Source: an uncultured SAR324 cluster bacterium (lineage in GTDB: Bacteria; SAR324; NAC60-12). Taken from it: a DNA stretch of 64,000 nucleotides. The notes below the pieces were generated by a model. That model ran no database searches, had not been told where the DNA came from, and saw only the letters and a list, made by a program, of their open reading frames with translations. Each line of letters starts with the position of its first letter. Within the stretch, counting starts at the first letter, position 1. Below are positions 28,553-39,375 of this stretch, in pieces. A program made the translations under genes and the position numbers. The stretch is from assembly GCA_905182865.1 (NCBI GenBank), contig CAJJCY010000002.1, forward strand, positions 664,915 through 728,914, given 5' to 3'.

Positions 28553-29212
28553 TTATTGTGGTAGAAATTCTCGTGCTTGACCAACACCACTGCAGTAACG
28601 CAAAGGGGTTTCAATTCGGATTGGCTTCCAACCTACTTCAAAGTTTAGAGCCCACAAAGATTTTCTTATTTCACGGAACATTTCAAAACTGTCTGGATCA
28701 ACCCAGAAAAAAAAGTAGTTTTCTTCTGGAGGATATTTTTTCATTAATTTTTCCATCACCCCATTACTTTGAGAAAACTGATGCCACCACTGTCCTGCTC
28801 TCGGAGAAGGAAGAAATTTAAGACAGTGTGCGTCTCCACTTCCGACTGTGAGTTCAATGGAAAATTGATCCAGATTGACGTGTTTTGGTAAAGGTTCACT
28901 ACCAGAGAGATATTTTTTTAGCCTTTGATAAACTAAAGTACGATCTAGGTACAATAAACGGTCACTCCGCAGAAAAATTAAAAGGATGTTTTTTTGTGAT
29001 ACATGAGACCAGGGAATTTTCAGTTTTTTAATATTTTCTGTGGATTGTGTTTTTGGAATTACCTGCTCATTCTTCCCCAATAGTGAAAACATTGCCATGA
29101 ACACAGCTAATATAATGAGTATTCCTACATTGTTGGAAACAATATCAACCAATGAATCCAAGTTTAATAAATTATGGAAGTCGCCATTTAATCCCCGTTT
29201 CCTGTGCATCAA
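28553..29212 (-). CDS. Hypothetical single-pass membrane protein with ExbD-like N-terminus
   Basis: NLDSLVDIVSNNVGILIIL: TM with membrane-proximal Asp; C-terminal FWVDPDSFEMF...VGWKP. Confidence 0.55.
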   Translation of the reverse strand: MMHRKRGLNGDFHNLLNLDSLVDIVSNNVGILIILAVFMAMFSLLGKNEQVIPKTQSTENIKKLKIPWSHVSQKNILLIFLRSDRLLYLDRTLVYQRLKKYLSGSEPLPKHVNLDQFSIELTVGSGDAHCLKFLPSPRAGQWWHQFSQSNGVMEKLMKKYPPEENYFFFWVDPDSFEMFREIRKSLWALNFEVGWKPIRIETPLRYCSGVGQAREFLPQ

Positions 29213-30993
29213 ATTCCATCTTTCTGAGATTTGTCACCATTATTTTTGCTTTGCTTCAACTCCTCATGAGCCTGTTTTTTTTCTTTTTCCAGAATAGAAT
29301 ATTGATACTTGTTAAACCATTCTGTAATTTTTTCAGTTAAATCAGGACGATTGATGCGGACGCAAAGGTCAATTAATTTCTTTAATGTGCTGTTTTGTGG
29401 TTCAATCTTGATTGCCTCTTGAAAGTAACGGATAGCTCCTTTGTAATCAGTCCTTTTTTCAGCTTCCTCTGCTTTATTGATTTTTTCCTGAACTTTACTT
29501 TGAATCTCTTTTCTTTTGGTATCTTTCAGCATCTCCTCCAACTCCACCACTCTATTTTCATTTTTGAGAAGCAGGTTGATACTAATAGCTTTTTGAATCA
29601 GATTAATACCTGCCGCAATTTTTAGAGCTTTTTCAATATTAACTGCTGCATTTATTTTGTCATTTTTTTTAAGACAGTTTTCGGATTCAATCAAATATGC
29701 TTTATGAATAGATTTAATACCTTCACGGGCCTCTATATTTTGACGGTTTCTACGAAAAATACGTTTATAAATTTCAAGTGCATCATCCAATAACTTCTTA
29801 TCAAGATAAACATTAGCAATTCTGTGCAGCAAAACTTCTGATGTGATTTCTGAAATAAGCGGTTCATAAATTTCGAGAGCTTTTTTCTTTTGATTGTTGT
29901 TGAAAAGTGTATCTGCATTTTCCAAACATGCATTCATATCGTAGTTACCATTAGACTGCTCAAGTAGCCTGAAAGTAGTGAAAAAACGAACTCGGGATTG
30001 CTGAATCATTCCTTTCCGTTTTAACAGTATCCCCATGTTTACATTGGTGTAGCGATGATTTGGATTTCGACCAAGTATGCTTTGAAAAGATTTAATTGCT
30101 TCATTTATCTTACCATCGATTGAAATTGCAAGAACAAGGAAACAACGTAAATCCACATTATCTTTATCCCTCATCAGCAATCGTTTCAAAGAATATTGGG
30201 CGATCTTTGTTTCATTAATTTTTAAACAATAAATTCCAAGTGTGAAAATAGCTTCCTTTTCTTGTAAGCTTTCTGCCTCCAGATTGGAAGTAATGTATTT
30301 GAAAGTTTGAACAGCGTCAATACTGTCTAAATCCTCCTTGTCTTCATCAGTATCAGTATCAGTATTGGTTTTAATTTTTATATTATTGTCTTCTTTAGCC
30401 ACTTTTTCAGGCATTACTTTTGTTTCATTAATTTCGTCTGGACCTTTTTCTTGATCAACCTCAACCGTATCAACAGCAAAATTAGTTTGCATTTCGACTA
30501 ATATTCCCATGCCCTCTTCAATGTCAGGAAGGACAAACTCCGTCATTTTTTCAAACTCGTCAATGGCGGAGATAGCCATGCCATCTGCAACTTCAACTTT
30601 TGCTGTGGTTGCAGCCTGATTATAAACAGCGTTTTTATAATCAGGATCATACTTCAGGCAGTGCAAGTACATATTTTTTGCTTGATTCCAGTCTTGTTTT
30701 TTGCGGTATGTATTACCAAGTTGATTGGCAAGATCTACGTTTTTAGGATCCATTTTTAGGACAATTATACCCAGACTTATTATCCCGTCAGGGTTGCCAC
30801 CACCTTGCATTTCCTGAAATAGTTTGGTTACAGTTTCTGCAGCAAGTTTTGGATTCAGTGCAAGAGCTTTGTTAAATTCTACTGTTGCCCATTCATAGAA
30901 GTTTTTTTCAAGCAGACTTTTACCACGGGCAAGAATGGTATTGACCTCCTTGTGGGAGTCTTCAGGACCGAAAATTTTTTTGAGTATTTTCAT
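29209..30993 (-). CDS. Tetratricopeptide-repeat protein
   Basis: Repeated TPR patterns: ALALNP, NQLGNTY...CLKYDP, AIRYFQEAIKIEP. Confidence 0.85.
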   Translation of the reverse strand: MKILKKIFGPEDSHKEVNTILARGKSLLEKNFYEWATVEFNKALALNPKLAAETVTKLFQEMQGGGNPDGIISLGIIVLKMDPKNVDLANQLGNTYRKKQDWNQAKNMYLHCLKYDPDYKNAVYNQAATTAKVEVADGMAISAIDEFEKMTEFVLPDIEEGMGILVEMQTNFAVDTVEVDQEKGPDEINETKVMPEKVAKEDNNIKIKTNTDTDTDEDKEDLDSIDAVQTFKYITSNLEAESLQEKEAIFTLGIYCLKINETKIAQYSLKRLLMRDKDNVDLRCFLVLAISIDGKINEAIKSFQSILGRNPNHRYTNVNMGILLKRKGMIQQSRVRFFTTFRLLEQSNGNYDMNACLENADTLFNNNQKKKALEIYEPLISEITSEVLLHRIANVYLDKKLLDDALEIYKRIFRRNRQNIEAREGIKSIHKAYLIESENCLKKNDKINAAVNIEKALKIAAGINLIQKAISINLLLKNENRVVELEEMLKDTKRKEIQSKVQEKINKAEEAEKRTDYKGAIRYFQEAIKIEPQNSTLKKLIDLCVRINRPDLTEKITEWFNKYQYSILEKEKKQAHEELKQSKNNGDKSQKDGI

Positions 30994-31392
30994 TAATATT
31001 GTGGTAGCCTGTGAGTCAGATTAACTCAAGTAGTAATACTGAACGGGCACTGCCAAGTTTAAACTTTATCATATCCGAAGGTATCATGATTGTAAATCCC
31101 TGTTTAAATCAAAAGTTAATCTTTAACAATGATATGATTATTATAAAAAAGTAGCAGGTTGATAGAATTTAAAAGCAATTCAAGTTTTTTTTATTAACTG
31201 AAAAATGCTAAAATAATTACCTATTTTAAGAAATGACTTGCCAAAACCAAGCCGGATATGGCATTTTTAGTGAAGTTCATTCGTGGAAAATGATTAAATT
31301 GAAAAAAAGAGAAGATTATATTCTTAAGTCAACATACTGTTTAAATAATTTATTAACTTTCAGTAAAAGAAAAACGTCTAATTTGAGGGTCA

Positions 31393-32749
31393 ATGGCAGA
31401 AAAGTCTGATGATTTTGAAATTAAACTATCTGAGGAGGACAGTCTTACCGATATTTTAGTTGAACCTGGAAACACAGAACTGTTAGATGATGATCAAATC
31501 ACAGATGATTCTTCAGAATGGCTTGCTGAATCTGATTTGGATGATATGTATACTGAGTCAGAAGAATTAGATAGTGAACCGGATGAAGAGCCAATAGATC
31601 TTGGCATGGATGAAATTGGGGATCTTGTTGAGGATTTAAAAATGGATTTTCAACAGATAAAAAATTCATGGATGAGTTTATGGAGAAAAAGACATGGTTT
31701 TTGAAGAGGAAGAAACTGAAGAAGAGAGTAGTGATTCCGTAGAAAGCTTGCTGGATGAACTGGATGGTGACGAAAGCGAAGAAAACTCAGATTCTGACGA
31801 TTCTTTTGTAGATGATATTGATGGAGAAATTGACAAAGCATTAGATGTAGGTGAGTCTGAGGCATCAGACGATGCAGAAATTTCTGGAGAAAGTACAGAA
31901 GAAGAAGTGGAAGAATTAGATTTGTCCGAAGATCTTGATCCAGAGGAATTGACAGATTCATCAGGTGAAACTGATGCTGTAGAAGAATCCGTAGAAAGTC
32001 TTTCTGCTGAGGAGGCCGATACTGAGTCGTCTGAGGTTTTGGAGATGCTGCACGATCCCGAGATTTCTGAAGATAGTGAAGATAGTGAAGATAGTGAAGA
32101 TAGTGAAGATAGTGAAGATAGTGAAGATAGTGAAGATAGTGAAGATAGTGAAGATAGTGAAGATAGTGAAGATAGTGAAGATAGTGAAGATAGTGAAGCA
32201 AATGATACAGAAGATCTGGAGCTTGGAATTGATGCTTTAGATGACATAAAAGATTCTGAAGAGGCTGATACTGAACTGGTTGATATTGGAGAAAGTAAAA
32301 TTGATGAACTAAAATTTGATAATGAAACGGAGGAAAATTCTGCATCAGAAACATCAGCAGATTCCCCGGAAGAGAATGAGGTAACAGGTGCGCAAATGGA
32401 TTCATCTGATTCAGTAGAAGTAGAGCCTGAAATTGAGAAAACTCCTGTTATTGAAAAAGTAGAGAGCAAAATGCCAATTGAAATTGAGGCATCAGAAACA
32501 TCAGCAGTCCCCTTAGATGCAGACATGCTTTTAAAATTTCACCATGAAGCCGTGGTTGAAATAGCACGTACTCAACTTACAGGCGAAGAAATCACACAGA
32601 TAACTTATGGGAGCATTATTGAACTAGATAAAGTTGCAGGAGAACCAGTGAATTTAGTGCTTGATGGTAAAACAATTGCTCTTGGGGAAGTTATACAAAT
32701 CAACAATGATAAACTTGGTATTCGAATTGTTGGTATCGTTCAGGAATAA
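31393..32749 (+). CDS. FliN/SpoA-domain protein with very long acidic N-terminus (reading frame broken ~31640-31690)
   Basis: C-terminal GSIIELDKVAGEPVNLVLDGKTIALGEVIQINNDKLGIRI matches FliMN_C; both ORF halves are D/E-rich. Confidence 0.75.
32069..32194 (+). repeat. Perfect tandem repeat (GAAGATAGT)x14 encoding (EDS)14
   Basis: 126 bp of identical 9-mers read directly. Confidence 0.97.
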
Positions 32750-32757
32750 TTTAAACT

Positions 32758-33702
32758 ATGCTTCACCAAAAAGACATTCCCGTAAAGACTTTTGAACTGG
32801 CAGAAGTTCATCTGACAACAGGGCGACACCAATTAATGGATGTTGTATTCCGCAGATGGGCATCTCTTATACAGGACAGGCTTTATGCGAAAAAGAACCT
32901 GATGTTTGAGGTTTCTACGGAAAATGTGAAAAAAATACGTTTTGAAAATTTTTTGAGTTCTGTATCTAAACAGCCAATCTATATTTTTGAAACGTCGAAC
33001 CAGAGCCGTGGTCTGTTCCTTGTAGACAATACATTTTTTTTAAAGTTGATCTTGAACACAAAGGCGGGAATAACACTCGAACGTTCTTCCCTGGGCAAGT
33101 TGATGAAGGAACACCAGAAAGATTTACTCGCTTTGGTGCAACCTATGATAGAAGACTTTGAAAAAAGCTGGCTCAATATTGCAGATGTGGAGCTTAATCT
33201 AAATCGTGTAACCATTTACCCTCAAAGGGCAAAAGTCATGTTGCCCTACGAATATTGTTTCGTGGGTAGTGTTCGGCTTAGTGTTCAAGATATTCAATCA
33301 GAGATTTTACTCTGTTTACCGTATTCGGGGATTGATCCACTACTTAGTCATCTTGAAAACAAAAGTGTTATTGCGCCTGAATCCATAGAAAATTATTCTC
33401 CACATGTTAAACGGCATTTCATGGATATTCTGGAAAAGAAAAAATATTCGGTTGTTGCAGAATTGGGGAATGCAGATTTGGGTGGAACAAAAGGAAAGTT
33501 GGAAGTTGGACAGTTACTGCCGTTACTGGGTAAAGAAAATCTGGCGACAATACGTATTAACGGGACTCCTGTGTTACAAGGTTATACGGGAGAATCTGAT
33601 GGTCACTATTCTATTCAAGTGACTCGTAGAATTGAAGACAAAAAACCTTCCGCAATTCAGGAGGAGATGCCATTTAAACAAGTAACCTGGCCCAGTCAGT
33701 AA
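32758..33702 (+). CDS. FliM-like flagellar switch / sorting platform protein
   Basis: FRRWA...RFENFL, DFEKSW, CLPYSGIDPL, C-terminal SpoA domain (AELG...LEVGQLL...INGTP...G); adjacent to the FliN-like gene. Confidence 0.7.
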   Translation: MLHQKDIPVKTFELAEVHLTTGRHQLMDVVFRRWASLIQDRLYAKKNLMFEVSTENVKKIRFENFLSSVSKQPIYIFETSNQSRGLFLVDNTFFLKLILNTKAGITLERSSLGKLMKEHQKDLLALVQPMIEDFEKSWLNIADVELNLNRVTIYPQRAKVMLPYEYCFVGSVRLSVQDIQSEILLCLPYSGIDPLLSHLENKSVIAPESIENYSPHVKRHFMDILEKKKYSVVAELGNADLGGTKGKLEVGQLLPLLGKENLATIRINGTPVLQGYTGESDGHYSIQVTRRIEDKKPSAIQEEMPFKQVTWPSQ

Positions 33703-35051
33703 TCCGGGTTATTTAAGACCTTAGCAAGCCACTTGTCCGGGTCTTCTCCACATTCCCGGAACTGGTCCAGAGTCTCGTTTGCAGGAGATCGGCCCTCTTT
33801 GGTGAATTCTTCAAAAAAAGGCAGAAACCAATTTTCATCTTTTGATCCAAGTTCCTGCAGAGCGATTTCTGCCAGTTTCCTTCCTGTCTTTGCAAAGTTA
33901 GTTTGATTAACTTCTGCCTGCAATGCATCTTTTGCAGCAGCTTTCTTGTACAATTGGAATTCATCTTGTGGCAGGTCCATTAGTAAAGATTGTGCAGAAG
34001 AAAAAGCTGATTCATTATAGAGCAATGTTCCTATCAATGCCGGAATCGCCATAGTATATTTAGGCGGTACGCTGTCAACGACACGGACTTCCAGGATATT
34101 TTTAATTCTGATGTCTGGGAACAGCATTCCCAAATGATCTTCCCAGTCTTCAGGAGTAATTATTAGATCCGGATGTTTTCCTTCTAAAAGTTGTTTGAAA
34201 TTCCAATCAGTTGTCTCAACAACTTCACCTTCACGCATCAAATGATATGGTTCTGCCTTTAATGCCCAAGTGATGTAGTCCTCCAAACGAAAATTTTCTC
34301 TTAAAAAGATTTCAGGAAGACCGCAACGTGAATTATCCGTATTCTCCCAAATATGTGAGCGATAAGAAAGAAAACCGCAGGGACTCCCAGCATTCAAAGG
34401 ACTATTAGCAAACATAGCTGTCAAAAAAGGTGAGAGGCGATTCAGAAAAATAAATTTTCTCTGCAAATCCTCTAAGGAAGCATAATCAATACTGACCTGT
34501 ACTCCAGAAGATCCCTTCATCATCCATTGACCGAGTGTACCGGTTTTCAACATGTGTTTAAACATAATCCGATAACGGGTTTTTGGAAAAAACGGCAATG
34601 TATCCAAAGAATGGAGCGGCTGCATGCCCTGAAACAAAATCTTTCCTTTAAAATCTGAAATCGCTTTTTCAAGCAGCTTCAAATAATCCTGTAATGAGTT
34701 ATATGCATCTAAAAGAGATTTTTTTGGTGCATCAGAAAGTTCAATTTGTCCTCCAGGCTCAACCGTTATTTTTGATCCTGCAGGACTAATTAGTGCTAAA
34801 AGCATGTCTTTTTCATAAACTTTTTCCAGTGGATCATCACTGTTTTTGGTCAGTTCTACTAAATTTTCCAAAACCCTGTAAACTCCGGATTTTCCTTCAA
34901 CAGGTAACGGATGGAAACATTCTTTACCGTCATCATTGTTAGGAACCATCACAAAGTTTTCATACTCCATGCCAAAAAGTTGTTTGTCTGGAGCACCGTA
35001 CTCTTTATGGCAATACCCTATAAAAAGTGATTTTAATTCTTCTAGCGTCAT
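33696..35051 (-). CDS. gshA: Glutamate--cysteine ligase (GCS2 family)
   Basis: GMEYE, TVEPGGQIELS, PKTRY..M, QVSIDY, AMFANSP, RSHIW..TD..R, LFPDIR....LEVR..D. Confidence 0.88.
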   Translation of the reverse strand: MTLEELKSLFIGYCHKEYGAPDKQLFGMEYENFVMVPNNDDGKECFHPLPVEGKSGVYRVLENLVELTKNSDDPLEKVYEKDMLLALISPAGSKITVEPGGQIELSDAPKKSLLDAYNSLQDYLKLLEKAISDFKGKILFQGMQPLHSLDTLPFFPKTRYRIMFKHMLKTGTLGQWMMKGSSGVQVSIDYASLEDLQRKFIFLNRLSPFLTAMFANSPLNAGSPCGFLSYRSHIWENTDNSRCGLPEIFLRENFRLEDYITWALKAEPYHLMREGEVVETTDWNFKQLLEGKHPDLIITPEDWEDHLGMLFPDIRIKNILEVRVVDSVPPKYTMAIPALIGTLLYNESAFSSAQSLLMDLPQDEFQLYKKAAAKDALQAEVNQTNFAKTGRKLAEIALQELGSKDENWFLPFFEEFTKEGRSPANETLDQFRECGEDPDKWLAKVLNNPDY

Positions 35052-35114
35052 TTGTAATTATTATAAAACATTTAGTGTTGGGTATGAGGATTTCAGAAGT
35101 TGAAAAGTGGCAAT

Positions 35115-35747
35115 CTAAAGAAGTCCGCTAATCATGCTTTTACTAATGCTTGAAATCCAGCTGAAAGCACTGAATCCAGGCAAAAACATACTTAATAAAA
35201 CCAGCACTATCAAGGCCTGTGAGCCATAACGGTAATTCCAGTTCTGGAAACGTCTTCTTAAGTCTGAAGGTAAAAAATGAGGAAACACTGAATTTCCGTC
35301 CAGTGGACCAAGCGGAATTAAGTTGAAAAGACAAAGATTAAAATTAATTAAAATAAACAAGTAAAGGATTTCCAGTACTGGTACTCCAGCCAGTAGTGTT
35401 AAGTTATTCAGTGCCAGAAAGCGAAACAAAAAAGCAGCACCAAATCCTAACAGTAAATTCATAAGGGGCCCCGCAGAAGCTACATAAAAATCTGCATTGC
35501 TGATACGGTAATTTCTAGGATTAACCGGCACCGGACGGGCATAGCCAAAACCTGCCATGAGCAACATTAAACTGCCAAAGAGATCTAAATGAACCATAGG
35601 GTTCAGTGTCATTCTACCAGCCAATTTTGCCGTGTCGTCTCCACAAAGATGGGCAACATAAGCATGACCGAACTCATGGAAAGTAAGAGCAAATATCAAA
35701 CAGAAAACTAGAATGATTAAAACTTGTGGTGGTAGGCTAAAAAACAT
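35115..35747 (-). CDS. Site-2 protease (M50) family protein
   Basis: HEFGH, GDDTAK..GR.TLNP..H.D, AGPLMN, FNLIPLGPLDG. Confidence 0.93.
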   Translation of the reverse strand: MFFSLPPQVLIILVFCLIFALTFHEFGHAYVAHLCGDDTAKLAGRMTLNPMVHLDLFGSLMLLMAGFGYARPVPVNPRNYRISNADFYVASAGPLMNLLLGFGAAFLFRFLALNNLTLLAGVPVLEILYLFILINFNLCLFNLIPLGPLDGNSVFPHFLPSDLRRRFQNWNYRYGSQALIVLVLLSMFLPGFSAFSWISSISKSMISGLL

Positions 35748-36301
35748 AGATTATTTTAGTAGCATAAACGTGTGATCATGGATAGAAAATTTGAAAGTAT
35801 GCGCTTAATTATATCAGAAAATTAAATGCCACTAAAAGACAAATATTTTATCTCTGTTCTTTTCACCCAGTTCCAGGTGATTTACATTTTACTGTCGATG
35901 AGTAGTCCAATTTCATACAATAATGCTTTACTTTTGTTAAATAAATCTTTAAAATAAATTTATTATTTTTAAGTTCCAAAAATTATTTGGTCTCACAAAA
36001 CAGACTGGCAAATCATAAAACACTCTCGCAAAAGACTCGTGGTGTATCAAGGAAATCTTGGTTTGCAGCTCCTCCCTACAAAATATCGAAAGATTTCATG
36101 TGCCAGTAAAATTGATGCAGAATAAGGTTGGAAGATGTCTGGTCACTATTATAGCTAACGGTGGTGAAACATGCTTAAATCAAGATAACCTCCGGTTAAT
36201 CCCTTCATTTTTAATTTTAATATTATTTGTACAGATTTAGCATTGCAAACTTTGTATTTATGCAACTTGTACTCAGCCTTTATAAATCCGTTTCCAACTG
36301 A

Positions 36302-36913
36302 TTTAATAAAATTAAAACATTTGTTTTTGATGTAGATGGTGTTTTGTTGGACTTTGAGGGTGGTTTCATGAAGGCAATCAAAGATTATTTTCAATTAGAT
36401 ATTCCTGATGATTTTTCATCTAAGAGTTTTTGGTTTTCTGATTTACTGACAAAGGAGCAAGTTATGGAAGGATGGGATTATTTTCTCCATAGTCCAGAAT
36501 TTGAACAACTCAAGCCAATGGTTGATCCGGAACATTTCAATGCTAAATTTGGCGCATATCCAGTACATTTTATCACAAATATACCACCGGATTGTCTGGA
36601 GCGTAGAAAAACTAATTTAAGAAATGCAGGATTCAAATTTGATTCTGCACACTGTGCAGGATTTATAAATTATGACGGCCATCCAGTTCAGACAAAAGCG
36701 GATGTTATCCTGAAATTAAAGCAAGAAGAAGAAAAAATTCTATTTGTAGATGATCATCCAGACAATTGTCTCAATGTCCGCGAATCATTCCCAGATGCAG
36801 AAATTTGGTTGATGTCCCGGCCTTTTAATGATGATTTTGAGCACCCGAAAATTCGCAGGGCCAAAGATTGGAGTGATGTACTTGAAAACTCCAATATTAT
36901 TCCCACTCGCTAA
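36302..36913 (+). CDS. HAD-superfamily hydrolase (5'-nucleotidase-like); start unresolved
   Basis: In-frame FVFDVDGVLLDF motif I lies upstream of the called TTG start; FITN; LFVDDHPDN; PFN. Confidence 0.78.
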   Translation, partial: FNKIKTFVFDVDGVLLDFEGGFMKAIKDYFQLDIPDDFSSKSFWFSDLLTKEQVMEGWDYFLHSPEFEQLKPMVDPEHFNAKFGAYPVHFITNIPPDCLERRKTNLRNAGFKFDSAHCAGFINYDGHPVQTKADVILKLKQEEEKILFVDDHPDNCLNVRESFPDAEIWLMSRPFNDDFEHPKIRRAKDWSDVLENSNIIPTR

Positions 36914-36996
36914 CCAAATCTACCTGGACTATCTGTATGTTTCCGAATTGAAAATGTACTACTCGGTTTTTGATTATTGATGATTCTGATGTGTTC

Positions 36997-37935
36997 ATGT
37001 TGTTCCAAAAAATCTTACGAAATAAATTTGTACCTGTAGTAATTATACTGCTATTACTTGTGCCTGGTACTTATGCTCAGGAAGAAGCTGCCGTGCAAAC
37101 CGAAGGCAGTAACGCTGTATGGCGTATTGGTTTTTTGGAGATCATTCATCAGACATTCAGCAGTGATGATTTAAATCCATTTTATCAAATGACTGGTACA
37201 AACCGGTTCAAAGGTGGAAAAGGTTTTTTTGGCCAGACAGTTCTTGATCCTGAAAAAAACGATTTAATTCCTAATATCTCCAATAAAAATGCCGATGAGC
37301 ACGGCAGTAAAGACGGCTTTTTAACCAAATTATTCAGCAATATCCCATTGCTAAAGGGACTGCCTCCTTTTTCCCTGGAATACATACTTCCTACAGGTTA
37401 TGATGTGGGCATCGGCTTGGCCTTTGCCTACACAAATATTTGGCTGGATGATACAAAAGTAAGGGCAGCCACCCAAGGTGCCGATGATGCATATGCAACA
37501 CCTCTGCTACGTATGGCTTCTCATTTCTATATGTTTTCTGCCTCACTTCATCCATTTGGAGTACCAAGACCAGACGACCTGGATATTTTTTTGGGTTTCG
37601 GACTGTCAAGAGTTGAGAGTACTTTGAGATATGGAATACGCGAAAATCCCACAATTATAGAATATGCTTCAGTCACAAAGACTGAACTCAGCGGTTCAAG
37701 CGGAATGATGCCGTTTAGGCGAATGGGAGTTGCGTCTGGAGGAGACAGTTTTGGTTTTATACTTGAATTTTTATTACCTGGAATAAATGAAATCATAGAC
37801 AACCCATTTGCGACTAACACCATCATCGATTCGACTGTCTACGACTCAACTTATAATGACCGCGGAGGAGCATTACCGTCAAAGGTAGGAATGCCGGGAG
37901 GAATCACACGCATGTCATGGACATATTCCTTTTAA
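36997..37935 (+). CDS. Hypothetical outer-membrane protein
   Basis: Signal peptide ending TYA-Q; C-terminal WTYSF beta-signal. Confidence 0.6.
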   Translation: MLFQKILRNKFVPVVIILLLLVPGTYAQEEAAVQTEGSNAVWRIGFLEIIHQTFSSDDLNPFYQMTGTNRFKGGKGFFGQTVLDPEKNDLIPNISNKNADEHGSKDGFLTKLFSNIPLLKGLPPFSLEYILPTGYDVGIGLAFAYTNIWLDDTKVRAATQGADDAYATPLLRMASHFYMFSASLHPFGVPRPDDLDIFLGFGLSRVESTLRYGIRENPTIIEYASVTKTELSGSSGMMPFRRMGVASGGDSFGFILEFLLPGINEIIDNPFATNTIIDSTVYDSTYNDRGGALPSKVGMPGGITRMSWTYSF

Positions 37936-37943
37936 GAACAACG

Positions 37944-39241
37944 CTAGTTTTCAAGGATCTGCAAAACAAGTCCCACCAAATAAATCGAGCCCGCAACGAC
38001 AACCGGTTGTTCCCGATAATCTAAAGCAACTTCCAGTGCATCTTCTGCAGAACTGACATACTTTATTTCAGGAGAATGCGCTAATGCACCGCACTCATCT
38101 AAAAAATATTCCATCATTTCCGGACTTGCTGTTCTTGGTGACGGAATCGGCGTAATAATCAATTTCTCAGCTTGCGAGCACAATTCCACTAGAGGAGACC
38201 ACAATGTATCATTCAATTTGTCAGAGGCCATTCCCAAAATCAGTGTAAATGGTATAAGATTATTCTTTGAGATGTATTCTGAAAGTGCCATCAGGGCATC
38301 GCCATTATGGGCTCCGTCCAGCAGCATGGTTTTGAAATCTAGAGAATGTTTGCTCCAAGTAACATTCTGCCGTAAATCGAGACGACCAGCTAATTTTATT
38401 TTTTTGACGGCTTCAAACCAGATTTGTTTCTTTAGTCTGTCTTCGTTAAACAATACCTGCATTGTACATAAACTTGTCTGAAAACATTCCTGCCATGGAA
38501 TTGCGAAAAAATCGGCAGTAATGTCGGTTCTAGAAACTGCTCAGGGAAAAAATCTTCTACAAAATAAACAGGAACGTTTTTCGCTGTTGAAGTGTTTTTG
38601 CAGCCAAGGTTTTTATTCAGTCGTTGCAATTATTACTGGAATTCCTGTGCGGCGATTCCAGTTTTTTCAGCCGCAATTTCCTCCAAATTTCTGCCAAGAA
38701 CTTCCATATGATCCAAACCAATTCTTGTAATAACGCATATTTTTTTGTCAGTCACATTGGTAGAATCTGCTCGTCCACCCAATCCGGTTTCCAGGACAAC
38801 CCACTCCATGTTTTCTGCCATGAATACATGAAAAGCAATTGCTGTTAAAACATCAAAATATGAAAGGTATGGGGTTCCTTTGTAACTGCGTGCAATTTTC
38901 AAAACGAGGGATGCACTTTGTACAAAGATATTTTTAGAAACATATTGATCATTCAGAGCGATCCTCTCTCTAATATCAATCAAATGTGGAGATGTGTAGC
39001 AACCTGTGGCAATTCCCTCAATACATAATAATCGGCTGATCATTGTTGCTGTCAGGCCTTTGCCGTTGGTTCCTGCAATGTGGATAATCTTAAATGCTCT
39101 TTCCGGATGCCCCAAATCTTTAAGTAAAAGTCGGATGCCTTCCAATTTACTGATGTCACGTGGTTGAGCACTTGTTTCGTAACTTCCCCATTGCTCCAGT
39201 TCAGAAAGAACTTGTAAATAACTTTTATCAGGCGGAGACAT
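37944..39241 (-). CDS. folC: Bifunctional folylpolyglutamate synthase/dihydrofolate synthase (frameshifted in 38460-38670)
   Basis: IHIAGTNGKG, YTSPHL...RERI, LETGLGGR.DSTNV, IGLDH...LG; C-terminal half LLDGAHN, VVAGSIYLVG. Confidence 0.9.
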
Positions 39242-39375
39242 TATGATTTTTCAGGAGGAATGCAGCCGAAGTTACTTTAATAAAATCGACTTATAAGAAC
39301 AGATGTAGAGGCTTAGACAGAAATGGCGGGAAAAATTAATTTTTCAGGTTTAGCTAAATAGTACTGAAAAAAGAC

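Noticed and set aside
32069-32194. Possible CRISPR array
   Set aside because: Contiguous 9-bp units with no spacers, in frame within a CDS; no cas genes in the window.
31650-32526. Long antisense ORFs (LHY and SSL repeats)
   Set aside because: Shadow frames of the acidic FliN-like gene and its tandem repeat.
35990-36250. Possible gene remnant or ncRNA upstream of the HAD gene
   Set aside because: No recognisable motif or convincing stem in any frame or strand.
36299-36301. In-frame TGA before the HAD gene as a third selenocysteine
   Set aside because: No Cys/redox motif context and no downstream hairpin; HAD motif I does not use Sec.
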